A stretch of DNA of 64,000 nucleotides, from positions 1,984,001-2,048,000 of the forward strand of contig CAVVPN010000011.1 of the NCBI GenBank assembly GCA_963750165.1. Reading direction: 5' to 3'. The notes under the pieces are model-generated. The model was not told the DNA's origin and did not search any database. It saw only the letters and a list, made by a program, of their open reading frames with translations. This stretch comes from an uncultured Gemmataceae bacterium (GTDB lineage Bacteria; Planctomycetota; Planctomycetia; Gemmatales; Gemmataceae). This document shows positions 1 to 10,160 of this stretch, one piece after another (position 1 is the first letter of the stretch; every line of letters starts with the position of its first letter). Made by a program: the position numbers and the translations under genes.

Positions 1-994
1 GCTTCAACCCGGTCAGCGTCACCGACCACAGCGCCCAGCTGAAGCGCAGCGGCCATTCGCGCGGCCGGCCGGTCAGGCGGTCGAAGCCCCACACGTCCCG
101 CGGCAGCACGCCGTCCGGCAGGTTGCCGCCCCAGTCCTTCGGCGGCCCCTGAATCCCACACGGCCGCCACACCGCCTTGCGCCACGCCGGATCGTCGTCC
201 GCGAGGTTGCCGTGCTTGCCCGCGTCCGGCCGCAGCCAGTATTCCACACGCTTCAGCCCTGACCAACCGACCATCGCCGTGCCGCTCACCGTCACCGCCT
301 GGCCCGCCTTGAACACCGCCGGCCCCGCGTCCAGATACGCCGCCGTCTTCAGGTACGAGTCCGGGTCGTTGTTGGCGTTGGCGTAGGTGTCGTTGGCCTG
401 GAAGTTGTTGGTCATGACGATGCGCTGCAGCCACTTGATCGACTTGAAGCCGTGCGCCCACGGCACGATCATCCGCACCGGGCCGCCGCGCTGCAACGGG
501 ATCGGCCTGCCGTTCAGCCGATAGGCCACGAACGGCCCCAGGTCCCACGGCGGCGTCTCCATCACCTGGTTGTAGCCCAGCGACGACTGAAAGATTTGCT
601 TGGGATCGTTGTTGTGGAAGCCCCAGTAATAGACGCGGCGAATGTTGTTGACACGGCCAACCAACTTCAGCACCTCGCGCAGCGGCACGCCCTCCCACAG
701 GCCCTGGCCCAGCGGCTGGGCGATGTTCAGGCACTGCATCGCCTTGAGGAATTTGCGGCCGTGCTGCTTGCCCAGCGTCTCCAGCGCCGCCAGGTCCAGG
801 GCGGTGTTCTTGTCGAGGCTGCGCGGCCGCTCGATTTGCGTGGTGCCTTCGCTGACGATCTCCAGGCGCCAGGTCTTCGGCGTCAGGCGCGCCTTGTCGA
901 GCTGGTCGCCCTTGAGCGTGTACGGCTGCGGATTGCCGCGGCTCACGTTACGGAAGTCCGGCGGGTTGGTCAAAAAGCCGCGCTGGCCGCCCAT
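1..994 (-). CDS. Molybdopterin-dependent oxidoreductase (sulfite oxidase/MsrP-like), 3' end runs off the window
   Basis: Not in the ORF track. Manual translation from ATG at 994: MGGQRGFLTNPPDFRNVSRGNPQPY...KAMQCLNIAQPLGQGLWEGVPLREVL...AYRLNGRPIPLQRGGPVRMIVPWAHGFKSIKWL. This contains the Mo-liganding Cys and the W-GV-L and GGPVR...GFKSIKW motifs. Confidence 0.85.
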   Translation of the reverse strand, partial: MGGQRGFLTNPPDFRNVSRGNPQPYTLKGDQLDKARLTPKTWRLEIVSEGTTQIERPRSLDKNTALDLAALETLGKQHGRKFLKAMQCLNIAQPLGQGLWEGVPLREVLKLVGRVNNIRRVYYWGFHNNDPKQIFQSSLGYNQVMETPPWDLGPFVAYRLNGRPIPLQRGGPVRMIVPWAHGFKSIKWLQRIVMTNNFQANDTYANANNDPDSYLKTAAYLDAGPAVFKAGQAVTVSGTAMVGWSGLKRVEYWLRPDAGKHGNLADDDPAWRKAVWRPCGIQGPPKDWGGNLPDGVLPRDVWGFDRLTGRPREWPLRFSWALWSVTLTGLK

Positions 995-1030
995 GGTATC
1001 CTCGCAAAAAGTGCGTCTGTTTCCTGGCCC

Positions 1031-2230
1031 TCATTTTTCGGACACGGTGACGAGCTTGCCCTGGGTGACGCCCGTGCTGGAGCGGACGCGCACCGCGAAC
1101 TCGCCGGGCCGCAGCACCCGCGCCCGCCACATCACCAGGCTCAGCGGTGGGCCGTCCGCCGGCGGCGACGGCACGGCCTGCACCTCCGGGCCGTCCACCA
1201 GCGCCATGCCTGCGGGCAGTTCCAGCGTCAGCGACTGGCCGGGCGCCGGGTCGTTGACGTAGGCAGTAATGGTGAAGCGTTTGCCCGGGACGAACGAGCC
1301 ACTCAGGGCCAGTTCGACGCGGCCCTCGCTCTCGGGGCTGGGCACCAGACCCTGGCCATAGCCGTAGGCGAACTCGCGCTTGCCGCCCGGCCTGATCTCC
1401 TTCGGCTCCCAGTAAACCGCCAGTGCCGAGTCGCCGCCGGCCTGAATGGCCGGCACGTTCCAGCCGTCGCCGCCCGCCCGCAGGCTGGTCAACACCACGC
1501 GGTCGGGCTTCTCCAGCTTCGGCCCCAGGTCGAAGGACATGTGGGCCACGAAGCCCGGCGCTTTGAGATTGGGCCGCTGCAACAACTGCACATAGGGCGG
1601 GAACGTCTTGCCCTTGAGTTCAACCCCGTCCAGCACCTTGTTCGGAATGGTCGGCGCCGCGAACAGGCAGCCATCGTTGTCAATGATGAAGGTGTCCATG
1701 TGGACGCGCAGGCCGACCTTGCGCACCAAATTGCCCTTATTTTCGATGACGTAGTGCGTCAGCACGGCATCGCGGCGGCGCTTGGTGGCCTGGTTCGCGG
1801 CCTTGGTCGCCACCACGGTCGTGGTGGCCGTGATCGTCAGGCCGTTGCCGTAGTTGAATTGCGACTCAAAGCCCTCCCGCGTCTTACCGTCCTTGTCCTT
1901 GCCCAGCGGCCGGTTGAAGTACACGGCGTTGCCGTTTTGGTTGATCTTGCCGTCGATTTTGGGGTAGGCGTAGTGGCCCAGGTGCAGGGTCATGTTGGTG
2001 TCGGTCGTCACGCTGGCCGTCAGCCCGGTGGGCTGGTAGTTGATGCGCCGCGCCGGGTCCACGGGCAGCAGCAGCCCCGGATCGACCACGACGGGCTGCT
2101 CGTCCTTCATGGTCACCCGCACCGGCGCAAAGTCGCCCTTGTCCTGCGCCAGGCCGGCGCCGCTCAGCACCGTCGCCGTCAGCACCGTGACCACGGCGCC
2201 CCACCCGACCCGGGAAACTGCATCGTTCAT
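1031..2230 (-). CDS. Secreted hypothetical protein
   Basis: 399-aa ORF with N-terminal signal peptide and typical high-GC codon usage; no family recognised. Confidence 0.75.
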   Translation of the reverse strand: MNDAVSRVGWGAVVTVLTATVLSGAGLAQDKGDFAPVRVTMKDEQPVVVDPGLLLPVDPARRINYQPTGLTASVTTDTNMTLHLGHYAYPKIDGKINQNGNAVYFNRPLGKDKDGKTREGFESQFNYGNGLTITATTTVVATKAANQATKRRRDAVLTHYVIENKGNLVRKVGLRVHMDTFIIDNDGCLFAAPTIPNKVLDGVELKGKTFPPYVQLLQRPNLKAPGFVAHMSFDLGPKLEKPDRVVLTSLRAGGDGWNVPAIQAGGDSALAVYWEPKEIRPGGKREFAYGYGQGLVPSPESEGRVELALSGSFVPGKRFTITAYVNDPAPGQSLTLELPAGMALVDGPEVQAVPSPPADGPPLSLVMWRARVLRPGEFAVRVRSSTGVTQGKLVTVSEK

Positions 2231-2392
2231 GGCCCGCGTCCTCGAATGAGGGATGGTTTGATCTCCCGGCGATTATAACCGGGTGGTTCCGCCTTCCGCA
2301 AGGAAGGGATTTCCGGCGCCGGCCGCTGGCGTCGCGGCTCGCGCTGGGGTAATGTAAGACGCCGGACGCTGGTTTTTCTCACGGGGACCATC

Positions 2393-2752
2393 ATGAGCAC
2401 CTCACCGCTGATCGCCATCGACACGGCCGCGCTGCCCTGGGAGGAGCGCTTCAACGAGAAACTGGGCCGCGCCCTGTTCCGCAAGAACCTGATCACCGAC
2501 CCCGACACGGGCATGGAGGTGCGCCTGGTGCGCTACCCGGCGGGCGTCATCAACGTGCGGCACACGCACCCCTGCGCCCACGGCATGTATGTGCTGGAGG
2601 GGACGCTGGTCACGCACGCCGGCCGCTACGGGCCCGGACACTTCGTCTGGTTCCCCGAGGGCACGGCGATGGAGCACGGCGCCGCGGCCGACGGCGACAC
2701 GACGGTGCTGTTCATCACGAACAAGCCGTTTGCGATTCATTACCAGGACTGA
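2393..2752 (+). CDS. Cupin domain protein (ChrR-like)
   Basis: Cupin motifs RHTHPCAHGMYVLEGTL and GHFVWFPEGTAMEHG. Confidence 0.85.
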   Translation: MSTSPLIAIDTAALPWEERFNEKLGRALFRKNLITDPDTGMEVRLVRYPAGVINVRHTHPCAHGMYVLEGTLVTHAGRYGPGHFVWFPEGTAMEHGAAADGDTTVLFITNKPFAIHYQD

Positions 2753-2808
2753 TCTCGACGTGTGAAAAAGTTGGCGTTCTTGGCGTCCTTGGCGTTCTTG
2801 CTGTGGCA
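2753..2808 (+). repeat. One-armed repeat family copy 1: TCTCGACGTGTGAAAAAG + 3x 9-bp TTGGCGTYC + TTGCTGTGGCA
   Basis: Near-identical copies at 49214, 49315 and, reversed, at 61858-61905. Confidence 0.9.
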
Positions 2809-2848
2809 ACCCACGCCACCGAACGCCCCGCCGTGCCAACCCGCGGGT

Positions 2849-3211
2849 TCAACCGGGCGCTGCCGCGTCCACCGCCGCCAGCACCTCCTCGATCTGCTCC
2901 ACGCAGAAACGCAGCGATGCCGCCGCCATCTCGAAGTTGGTGTGGTCCGACACCCGCCGATACTCGCGCGCGAAGAACTCCGCCTGTTTCCGCAGTTTCG
3001 GCAACTTGCCGCGCGCCCGGTGCAGGTACTCCGCGGCGTCCCTGCGCTGGTAGCTCGGCTCGACGGCGCGGAGATAGTCGAAGATCATGCGGTGGACTTC
3101 CAGCATGTCCTCGTCGTCCTGCGCCTCGTCGGCGTGCTTGAGGAACTGACGCACCATCCAGGCGTGCGCCAGGAGGCGGTTGATCCGCTCCATCGCGGCG
3201 TCGGGGGTCAT
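2849..3211 (-). CDS. Conserved hypothetical helical protein
   Basis: 120-aa ORF (LAHAWMVRQFLKHADE...HTNFEMAA) with GGAGG RBS; resembles a Planctomycete-conserved family. Confidence 0.75.
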   Translation of the reverse strand: MTPDAAMERINRLLAHAWMVRQFLKHADEAQDDEDMLEVHRMIFDYLRAVEPSYQRRDAAEYLHRARGKLPKLRKQAEFFAREYRRVSDHTNFEMAAASLRFCVEQIEEVLAAVDAAAPG

Positions 3212-3230
3212 GGCGGGGGTCCTCCGCGGC

Positions 3231-3827
3231 TCACTGGGGGGCAGGCGTTTTCGGCTCGCCGACCGCCGCGGTGTGGGTGACCGGCGCCGCCTTGGGCTTG
3301 TTGTGCTCCACCTCTTCCTTCGAGTACAGCACCAGCGCAGCGCCCAGGCCGGTCAGCACAATACCGGCGTAAAACTTCCAGCCCGGCGACGCTTCCAGGC
3401 CGAAGTGAAACGCCCCCTTGCTCGGGTGCCACAGCAGGCTGACGATGGTGTTCAGCAGCGGCGCCAGCGCGAAGATGACCGGGCCGATATACATGCGGTA
3501 GTCGGTGGTCACGTCCTGCACCTGGGCGGCGTAATGGGCGGCAGACCGGTTGGCGAAGATGACCATCAGCGCGCCGAGCGCCCCGGCGACGCCGGCCAAT
3601 GTGGCGAAGGAGATGCCACTGACGTTCCAGCTCGGCTGCCGTTCGCCCGCCACGAACATGCCGATCGGAAACAGCACCGCGATCAGGAAGTAGGCGACGC
3701 CGACGCACAGGAACGAGCCGTAGGCGTTGCGCCCCAGATCGCGGATGCCCTGCTGCACGAACGGCACATACGTGCCCCAGCACAACCCCGCCAGAACCGC
3801 GAAAATCAGCCATTCGTATTTGCTCAT
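3231..3827 (-). CDS. Membrane protein, EamA/DMT-like
   Basis: From MSKYEWLIFAVLAGLCWGTY; about 5 hydrophobic helices. Confidence 0.75.
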   Translation of the reverse strand: MSKYEWLIFAVLAGLCWGTYVPFVQQGIRDLGRNAYGSFLCVGVAYFLIAVLFPIGMFVAGERQPSWNVSGISFATLAGVAGALGALMVIFANRSAAHYAAQVQDVTTDYRMYIGPVIFALAPLLNTIVSLLWHPSKGAFHFGLEASPGWKFYAGIVLTGLGAALVLYSKEEVEHNKPKAAPVTHTAAVGEPKTPAPQ

Positions 3828-3849
3828 GTGAGGAAATCCCCTTTCTTTC

Positions 3850-3906
3850 GTGGGGCAGGCTTTCCAGCCTGCAATTGAGGTTGGCAGGCTGGAAAGCCTG
3901 CCCCAC
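3850..3906. repeat. REP doublet (REPIN-like) GTGGGGCAGGCTTTCCAGCCTGC...GCAGGCTGGAAAGCCTGCCCCAC
   Basis: Perfect 23-bp inverted repeat; each arm is GTGG followed by an internal hairpin. Confidence 0.85.
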
Positions 3907-3942
3907 GTCCAGAGCGCTAAGCCGCAAGCGGCAGACAAAAGG

Positions 3943-6900
3943 TCACTCATGCCGCAGCGCCGGCACCAGCGGCGCCCGCAGGGTAGCCCGCACCGCCAGC
4001 GCCCCGGCGCCGAGACCGACCAGCACCACCACCAGCAGCAGCGCCGCCAACCGCAGCCACAGCTCCGCGCCACCACCGCTGTGGTGTGGCGCCACCGACG
4101 CCAGCGCCGCCACCAGACCCACACCCAGCCCCAGCGCCAGCAGATAGCAGTTCTCCGCCAGCACCAGCCAGCCCAGCGCCGCGCGGCGGAAGCCCAGCGC
4201 CCGCAGCAGCGCCAGCTCGCCGCGTCGCTCCCAGACGCTGCGCAACAGCACCACCGCCAGCCCCAGCGCCCCGAGCACCAGCCCCAGCCCGCCCAGCGCC
4301 TGGAACGTCGCCAGGTAGGTGTTGACCACCTCCAGATACGCCTCCACGCGCTTGCGCGTCGGCTCGACGGTCATACCGTGGTTGGCCAGGCCGCGCTCCA
4401 GCAATCGCCGCACCTCCTCCGCCTTGCCGGCCGGGGGCTCGATCAGGAAGAATTTATAGCCGCCCTCGCGCGGGTACAACCGGCGAAAATTCGCGTCCGA
4501 CAGCAGCACCTCGCTCTGGAACAGGCTGCCTTGCAGAAGCGCCACGAAGCGCAGCCGCACCGGGCGGCCCGTCTCGTCCGGCACCTCAATGTCCTGGCCG
4601 AGCCCACTCTTGAGCATCCACTCGACGGGCTCCGCCTCGCCGATGACCGGGATGACGCCGGGGCCGTAATCCTTCTCCAGCAGCAGCCACGGGTTCTCTT
4701 TTTCCGCGGCGCTGGCCTTGTCGTCCACGGCCGCGAACGCGAAGCCGTCGCGCTCAACGAACGTGTGCGGCACGCCGAGCAGCCGCGGCCGCCGCGGCTG
4801 CGCCAGGTTCAGGCAGCTGGCGTCGTCGCCGGCGCGCAGGCGGAACGAGACGTACTTCACGTCGCGCAGGATCGTCCGTTTGGCGGCGGGCACCTTCGCT
4901 AGATCCAGGGCGTAGTTGAGGTCTTCCTGCGCCCGGTTGCTGCCGAGATCGAGGAACAACGGCACGTCGCTCTCGCCATACAGCGCGAAGCCCCCACTGC
5001 CGCCGGTGCGTTCGAGAAAGTGGCCGCCGGGGTCACGGTGGAACGACTCCACCGCCACGATCAGGAACGTCGCCGACGCCAGCAGGCCGACCGTCAACAG
5101 GCTGCGCGTCGGGTGCCGGGCGGCGTTGCTCATACCGAGCGCAGCCAGGCTGCGGCGCGGCTCGTCAATGTCGCGGCGCAGCAGCCACCAGACGCCGATC
5201 AGGCCCGCGACCAGCAGCAGAAAGCCGCTGGTGAAAAACAGGCCCGCCTGCGTCTCGTGGTCGCGCACCGATGGTGCCACGACAATGCAGACCACCGCCC
5301 CGATCACGGCTACCGCTGCGCTGACGAGGCGCCAGACCGGTGGTTTGCGGAGGGCGTCCGGCGGCGTATCGCTGCTCTCTCCGGCGAGCAGGCCGCGCGG
5401 CGACACCTGCGCCAGCGCCCGCGTCGCCCAGACGATGGTCAACACGCTCACCGCCAGCGCCGCCGCGTAGCCGATGGTGTAACTCTGCCAGGTGCCGTGG
5501 AACTGCAGGAAGGAGCGGTCGAGTTCTCCCGGCCACCAGTAGCGCAGGTGTTCGAGCATCAGCCAGGCGTAGCCAACCGCCGCGACGGTGCCGAGCACGC
5601 CACCGACCAGCGCCAGCAGCGTGCCCTCCGCGAGCAGCAGCGTGCGCACGCTGCCGCGCCGCCAGCCGACCGCGAGCAGCAGACCGATTTCCTCGGCGCG
5701 GCGGTCGAGGTTAAGGCGGAACAGCAGGCCAACCAGCAGCAGTGCCGCCGCGATGATGAAGGTGCTGAAACCCAGGAACAGCCGACCGAAGTCCAGCCCC
5801 TGCGAACCGGACTCCAGCGCCCGCTGCCGCACTGCGTCGAAGACGAAGCCGCCCTGCTCCGGCTGCAGTTCGCGCAGCAGCCGCCGCTCGAAATCGGCCG
5901 TCGCCCTGTCGAGATCAGCGTTTTCCTTGCCCGGAGCCAGGCGGATGGACGTGACCTTGCCGAACCGGCTGCCCCACAATTTCTGGCCGGTTTTCAGGTT
6001 AATGTAGGCTTTCGGCGTTGTGCGGTACTTGTGCCAGTAGACCTCGTCCGGCGACAGCCCGCCCTTTTTAAGCGACTTCGCCAGGCGTTTGGTGTCGTAG
6101 TGCAGCGCCTCCGGCGGGTTCCAGTCCGCGAGGTTTTGCTTGTCCGTGATGCCGGGGAACTCCGGCGTCAGGTCGGGATCATCGGCGGCGCCCTGCAGTT
6201 CGATCCAGCCGGCGACGCGGAGCGCTTCCGAGCGCTTCCTGTCCGGCACCTCCGGGTCGTAGTAGCCGAGCTGAATGTGCTTCAGGCCGAGCGCCGGTGT
6301 CCAGCCGGACGCCGGCAGGTCCACCAGCACGATTTCGTCATCCGCGAGTTGCTTCACCCCTGGCGGCAGGAACGGCCCCAGCGGCGGCGGCAACGACGGG
6401 TCGAGCGCGGCCACGACGGCGTAGACCAGTTCCTCCTTCGGCCCGCCGCGCAGGTGATCCGCGAGGTACACCAGCGTCGGCGCCGCGGTCAGCGCTTCCA
6501 GTTTCGCGGTGTGCTGGGCCGCGGTCACCACGGCGTCCTCGATGAAGAGTTGCCGGCTCTCCAGGCTCATGTAATCGTGGTGCTTGCGCTTGTATGCGGT
6601 CAGGGCATCGAGATCGACCTTGCCGTTCGGGCCGGCGATTTGCTTGAAAAACGCCTGGTCCGCCAGGCGCGGCCACTCCTGCGCGGTGAGGAAGCCTTTC
6701 TTGCGCCTGTCGAGGCCGCGCAGGAATTGCTCGGCCCGCTTCCGGGGCGTCCGCAGCACGACGCCCCAGTCGTCCAGGGTAAGCCGTGCCGCCAGCCGCT
6801 GCTTCAAATCGTCCCTGGCCTCGGCGGTCAGGATGGCGTTGATCGGCTGCCGCACGCCGAGCGGCAGCTGGTCGCGCCGCGGTTCGGCCAGGAAGTGTTG

Positions 6901-7564
6901 CAGCAGCGGCAGCGGCACGAACGCGTTGCGCGGCACCGTCGGCGCCGGGTTGAGGTTGAAGCGACCGCCGGGCGCTTCCGGCGACAGCACCGCGGCGACG
7001 GTGACAGGCAGGTCCTGCACGACATCCAGGGCGTCCTGGCGACCGAGCAGACTTTCGCGCGGCACCGTACTCGGCCTCTGCAAGCTCAGCACCACCTCGT
7101 CGCCCACCTTGACGCCCAACTCCCGGGCCAGCGCGTCGTTGAGGACGATCTTCTTTTCCTCCTGAGATCGCCAGAAATCACGGCTCACCGGCGGCGTACC
7201 GTCCGTCCACAGGTCCCAGAAGCGGTCGTCCACGGCAAAAATACTGACGCGACCGGCCCGCCGTCCCTGGTCGCCTCCGGTCGTGACCGCACCGTTCAGC
7301 ACCAGTAGCGGCACCACCTGCCGGACCGCCCACTCCTGCCGCAGTTGTTCCGCCACCTCCTGCCGGAACAGCCGGTTGGCGATCAACACCTCATCGACCT
7401 GCCCCAGCTGCCGCTCCGCCACCGCGCAAGCTGCCGCGCAGCGAATCGCCGACGAGCAGCGCCCCGGTCAGCACCGCCGTGCCGACCGCCACGCCCAGCA
7501 GCACCGCGAGGTTGCCGCGCCAGTGGAACCGCAGATTTCGCAGCAGCAGACGGCCGAACGTCAT
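3943..7564 (-). CDS. ABC transporter permease (FtsX/MacB-like), frameshift near 7425
   Basis: N-terminus [46 protein letters not shown] (ATG 7564) joins the 1159-aa ORF after a shift; two FtsX motifs ([28 protein letters not shown]). Confidence 0.85.
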
Positions 7565-8307
7565 GACGCCTCCCCACCTGGCGGCCGCTGAATGCCCTGC
7601 TCAATCGCCATCAAGCCGGTGACGGCGGCCGACCCGCCCGGCGGTTGCAGCGTGCCCTCGTTCATCTCCAGTTGCTTCGGGAACAGCCGCGCCAGCTCGG
7701 CGCTGTGCGTCACCACCACCAGGATGGTCCGCTCCTGCCGCTGCAACTCCAGCAGCAGCTCGCCGACCGCCTGGGCCGTGCGGCGGTCGAGGTTGCCGGT
7801 CGGCTCGTCGGCCAGCAGCAGCACCGGATGATGGATCAGCGCCCGCGCCACCGCCACGCGCTGCCGTTCGCCGCCGGACAGCTCCGCGGGCCGGTGGTCC
7901 AGCCGCCCCGTCAGGCCGACGCGCTCCAGCAGCAGCCGGGCCCACTTCTCCGCGGCGGTGCGGTCCTCCTTCGCGGCCAGTGTCGGCAGCAGCACGTTCT
8001 CCAGCACGGAGCACTGCGGCAGCAGGTGGTGGTCCTGGAAGATGAAACCGACGTGACGGTTGCGGAAGTCGGCCAGGCGGCGCTCGTCGAGCGCGAACGG
8101 GTCCTGGCCGGCCAGGCGGACGCTGCCGTGCGTGGGCCGGTCGAGCGTGCCGAGGATGTGCAGCAGCGTGCTCTTGCCGGAGCCGGACGGCCCCATGACG
8201 GCCAGGGCGTCGCCGGGCTCCAGTTGGAGGTTCACGTCGCGCAGGACGGTGAGCGGGCCGCTGCGCGTGGGGTAGTCCTTGCCCAGATGCTCGACTTGGA
8301 GGGTCAT
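7561..8307 (-). CDS. ABC transporter ATP-binding protein (LolD-like)
   Basis: Walker A GPSGSGKS, signature LSGGERQR, Walker [13 protein letters not shown]. Confidence 0.95.
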   Translation of the reverse strand: MTLQVEHLGKDYPTRSGPLTVLRDVNLQLEPGDALAVMGPSGSGKSTLLHILGTLDRPTHGSVRLAGQDPFALDERRLADFRNRHVGFIFQDHHLLPQCSVLENVLLPTLAAKEDRTAAEKWARLLLERVGLTGRLDHRPAELSGGERQRVAVARALIHHPVLLLADEPTGNLDRRTAQAVGELLLELQRQERTILVVVTHSAELARLFPKQLEMNEGTLQPPGGSAAVTGLMAIEQGIQRPPGGEAS

Positions 8308-8383
8308 GGCGGCGGGTCAGGGGTTCCGGAGGCGATGGTCCCTGTTACAGTATGGACCCGCCCCGCCGACACAAGCCCAGCGC

Positions 8384-8425
8384 CCAGAACGGCCAGGCCG
8401 CCGGCCGGCGGCCTGGCCGTTCTGG
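8384..8425. repeat. 42-bp palindrome downstream of Mn catalase (terminator or REP)
   Basis: CCAGAACGGCCAGGCCGCCGG/CCGGCGGCCTGGCCGTTCTGG. Confidence 0.65.
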
Positions 8426-8428
8426 AGG

Positions 8429-9157
8429 TCACTTCGCCCCGACCAGTTTCTTGATTTCCTGGAACGCCGGGGCATCGACGTACCTCCAGCCGTTGCCCTG
8501 GTTCCAGGGGCCGCGCTCGTCGCTGCCGGCGTCGCCCGAACCGGTCGAGTCGTTGAAATACTCGTCCACCACGCCCGGCGTCGGCGCCAACTTGCCGATC
8601 GACAGCGGGTCCTTGCCCAGGCTCTCCAGCCCCAGCATGAACGCCTTCATGTGCGTGATCTCGCGCGTCATGAGGAACTGCAGCGCCTCTTTCGTGCCGC
8701 TGTCGGTGGTGAAGTGGATGAGCCGTTCGTAGACGATCTTGGCACGCGCCTCGGCGGCGATGTTGCTGCGCAGGTCCACGTCCAGCTCGCCGGTGACCTT
8801 CAAATAGTCGGCCGTCCAGGGGTTGCCCTGCGAGTTGAACAGGCCGACGCCGCCACCGCCCGCGATGGCGACCAGCGGATCCGCCTCGGCCGCGTCGCGC
8901 CCCGTCCTGGTCGGCTTGAGGTGCAGCCGGGCCAGGGTGCCGATCACCTCCAGGTGGCTCAGTTCCTCGGTGCCGATGTCCATGAGCAGATCCTTGAGCT
9001 TGGGGTCCTCGCAGTTGATGCCCTGGACCGAATACTGCATGGCCGCGGCCAACTCGCCGTTGGCGCCGCCGAACTGTTCCAGCAGCATGTTGCCGAACTT
9101 CGGGTCGGGCGTCCCGACTCGCACCGTGTACATCAGCTTCTTGACGTGGTGATACAT
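8429..9157 (-). CDS. Manganese catalase family protein
   Basis: LLEQFGGANGELAAAMQY, DIGTEELSHLE, NIAAEARAKIVYERL, REITH; GGAGG RBS. Confidence 0.93.
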   Translation of the reverse strand: MYHHVKKLMYTVRVGTPDPKFGNMLLEQFGGANGELAAAMQYSVQGINCEDPKLKDLLMDIGTEELSHLEVIGTLARLHLKPTRTGRDAAEADPLVAIAGGGGVGLFNSQGNPWTADYLKVTGELDVDLRSNIAAEARAKIVYERLIHFTTDSGTKEALQFLMTREITHMKAFMLGLESLGKDPLSIGKLAPTPGVVDEYFNDSTGSGDAGSDERGPWNQGNGWRYVDAPAFQEIKKLVGAK

Positions 9158-9200
9158 GCGCATCCTCCGGGGGTGAAGACAGGCGATCCCGGGTTGAGAC

Positions 9201-9216
9201 CGCAAACCGGGTGCCT
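9201..9216 (-). promoter_or_regulatory. Putative sigma-54 -24/-12 promoter of Mn catalase
   Basis: Minus strand AGGCACCCGGTTTGCG = GG-N10-GC, 44 bp upstream of the ATG. Confidence 0.55.
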
Positions 9217-9318
9217 GAAACGGAGAAAGTGGGTCGGCCGGGCGCGGCCACGGCGAGTGGGTATCATTCAGGCAGCCGGGCGACGCGGCCGAAACCCGTG
9301 GTACGGAGGACCGCGGCA

Positions 9319-9741
9319 GTGAATCGACAGGAATTCCAGCAGCAGGCCAGGACCAAGCTCCTGGACGCCCGGGCGCTGCTGCGGGCGAAGCGGTGGTCGG
9401 GGGCATACTACCTGGCTGGCTACGCGGTCGAGTGTGGGTTGAAAGCCTGCATCCTGCGTCGCCTGGAAGCGGACGTGGGACTGATCTTCAAAGAACGGCG
9501 GTGGGCGGAGAGTTGCTGGACGCACAACCTGGAACTGCTTGTTCAACTGGCCGACCTCCGACCGGACCTCGAAGCCGATCTGAGCGCGAATCAGAAACTG
9601 AAGGATCGGTGGCAGATAGTCAAGGACTGGAACGAATCAAGCCGTTACCTACGCAAAGACAAGGACAGCGCCGAGGCGTTGTTCGAGGCAATCGGGAACA
9701 AGAAATACGGGGTAATGCCGTGGATCGTGCTGCGTTGGTAG
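9319..9741 (+). CDS. HEPN domain protein
   Basis: DARALL...AYYLAGYAVECGLKA...THNL...WNESSRY; GTG start after GGAGG. Confidence 0.85.
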   Translation: MNRQEFQQQARTKLLDARALLRAKRWSGAYYLAGYAVECGLKACILRRLEADVGLIFKERRWAESCWTHNLELLVQLADLRPDLEADLSANQKLKDRWQIVKDWNESSRYLRKDKDSAEALFEAIGNKKYGVMPWIVLRW

Positions 9742-10160
9742 AAATTCAGATTGAAGGAGGCAAGCAGGTTCTGCAACGACTCGCCGAGGAGGGCATTCCC
9801 GTGACGGCCGCTTGCTGGCTCAAGGAGGAAGCGGACGAACCGTGGTATCTCTACATCGTCACGCCCCTGGTCCGGAAGGGCGGCAGCACGCGGGCCGCGT
9901 ACCGGCAGTTGGACCGTGCCCTTGGCGAACTGCCCGACGCCTTTGGCATCGGCCCGCTGGCCATCAAGGTGGTCGGCCCGACGGAACCGCTTGCCAGGGA
10001 TCTGCTCCAACTGTATCAACGCACGCCGGCCCTGCGGGCCTACCCCAGCCACTGGGGTAAACACATCCTCGGTCCCGTCAGCTTCGTGGACACCTTCCTT
10101 TACCCACCCCCCGCCGCCGCCGTGAACGGCGAGAGCAAGGCGACCACGCCCAGCCCGTAG
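9720..10160 (+). CDS. Hypothetical protein, partner of the HEPN gene
   Basis: GTG at 9720 overlaps the HEPN 3' end; MDRAALVEIQIEGGKQVLQRLAEEGIPVTAACWLKEEADEPWYLYIVTP. Confidence 0.7.
   Translation: MDRAALVEIQIEGGKQVLQRLAEEGIPVTAACWLKEEADEPWYLYIVTPLVRKGGSTRAAYRQLDRALGELPDAFGIGPLAIKVVGPTEPLARDLLQLYQRTPALRAYPSHWGKHILGPVSFVDTFLYPPPAAAVNGESKATTPSP

Noticed and set aside
2762..3280. MKKLAFLASLAFLLWQ / MKKLAPLASLAPLL signal-peptide-like ORFs (also about 49324 and 61896)
   Set aside because: These are translations of the non-coding repeat family; the downstream parts are antisense shadows or belong to other genes.
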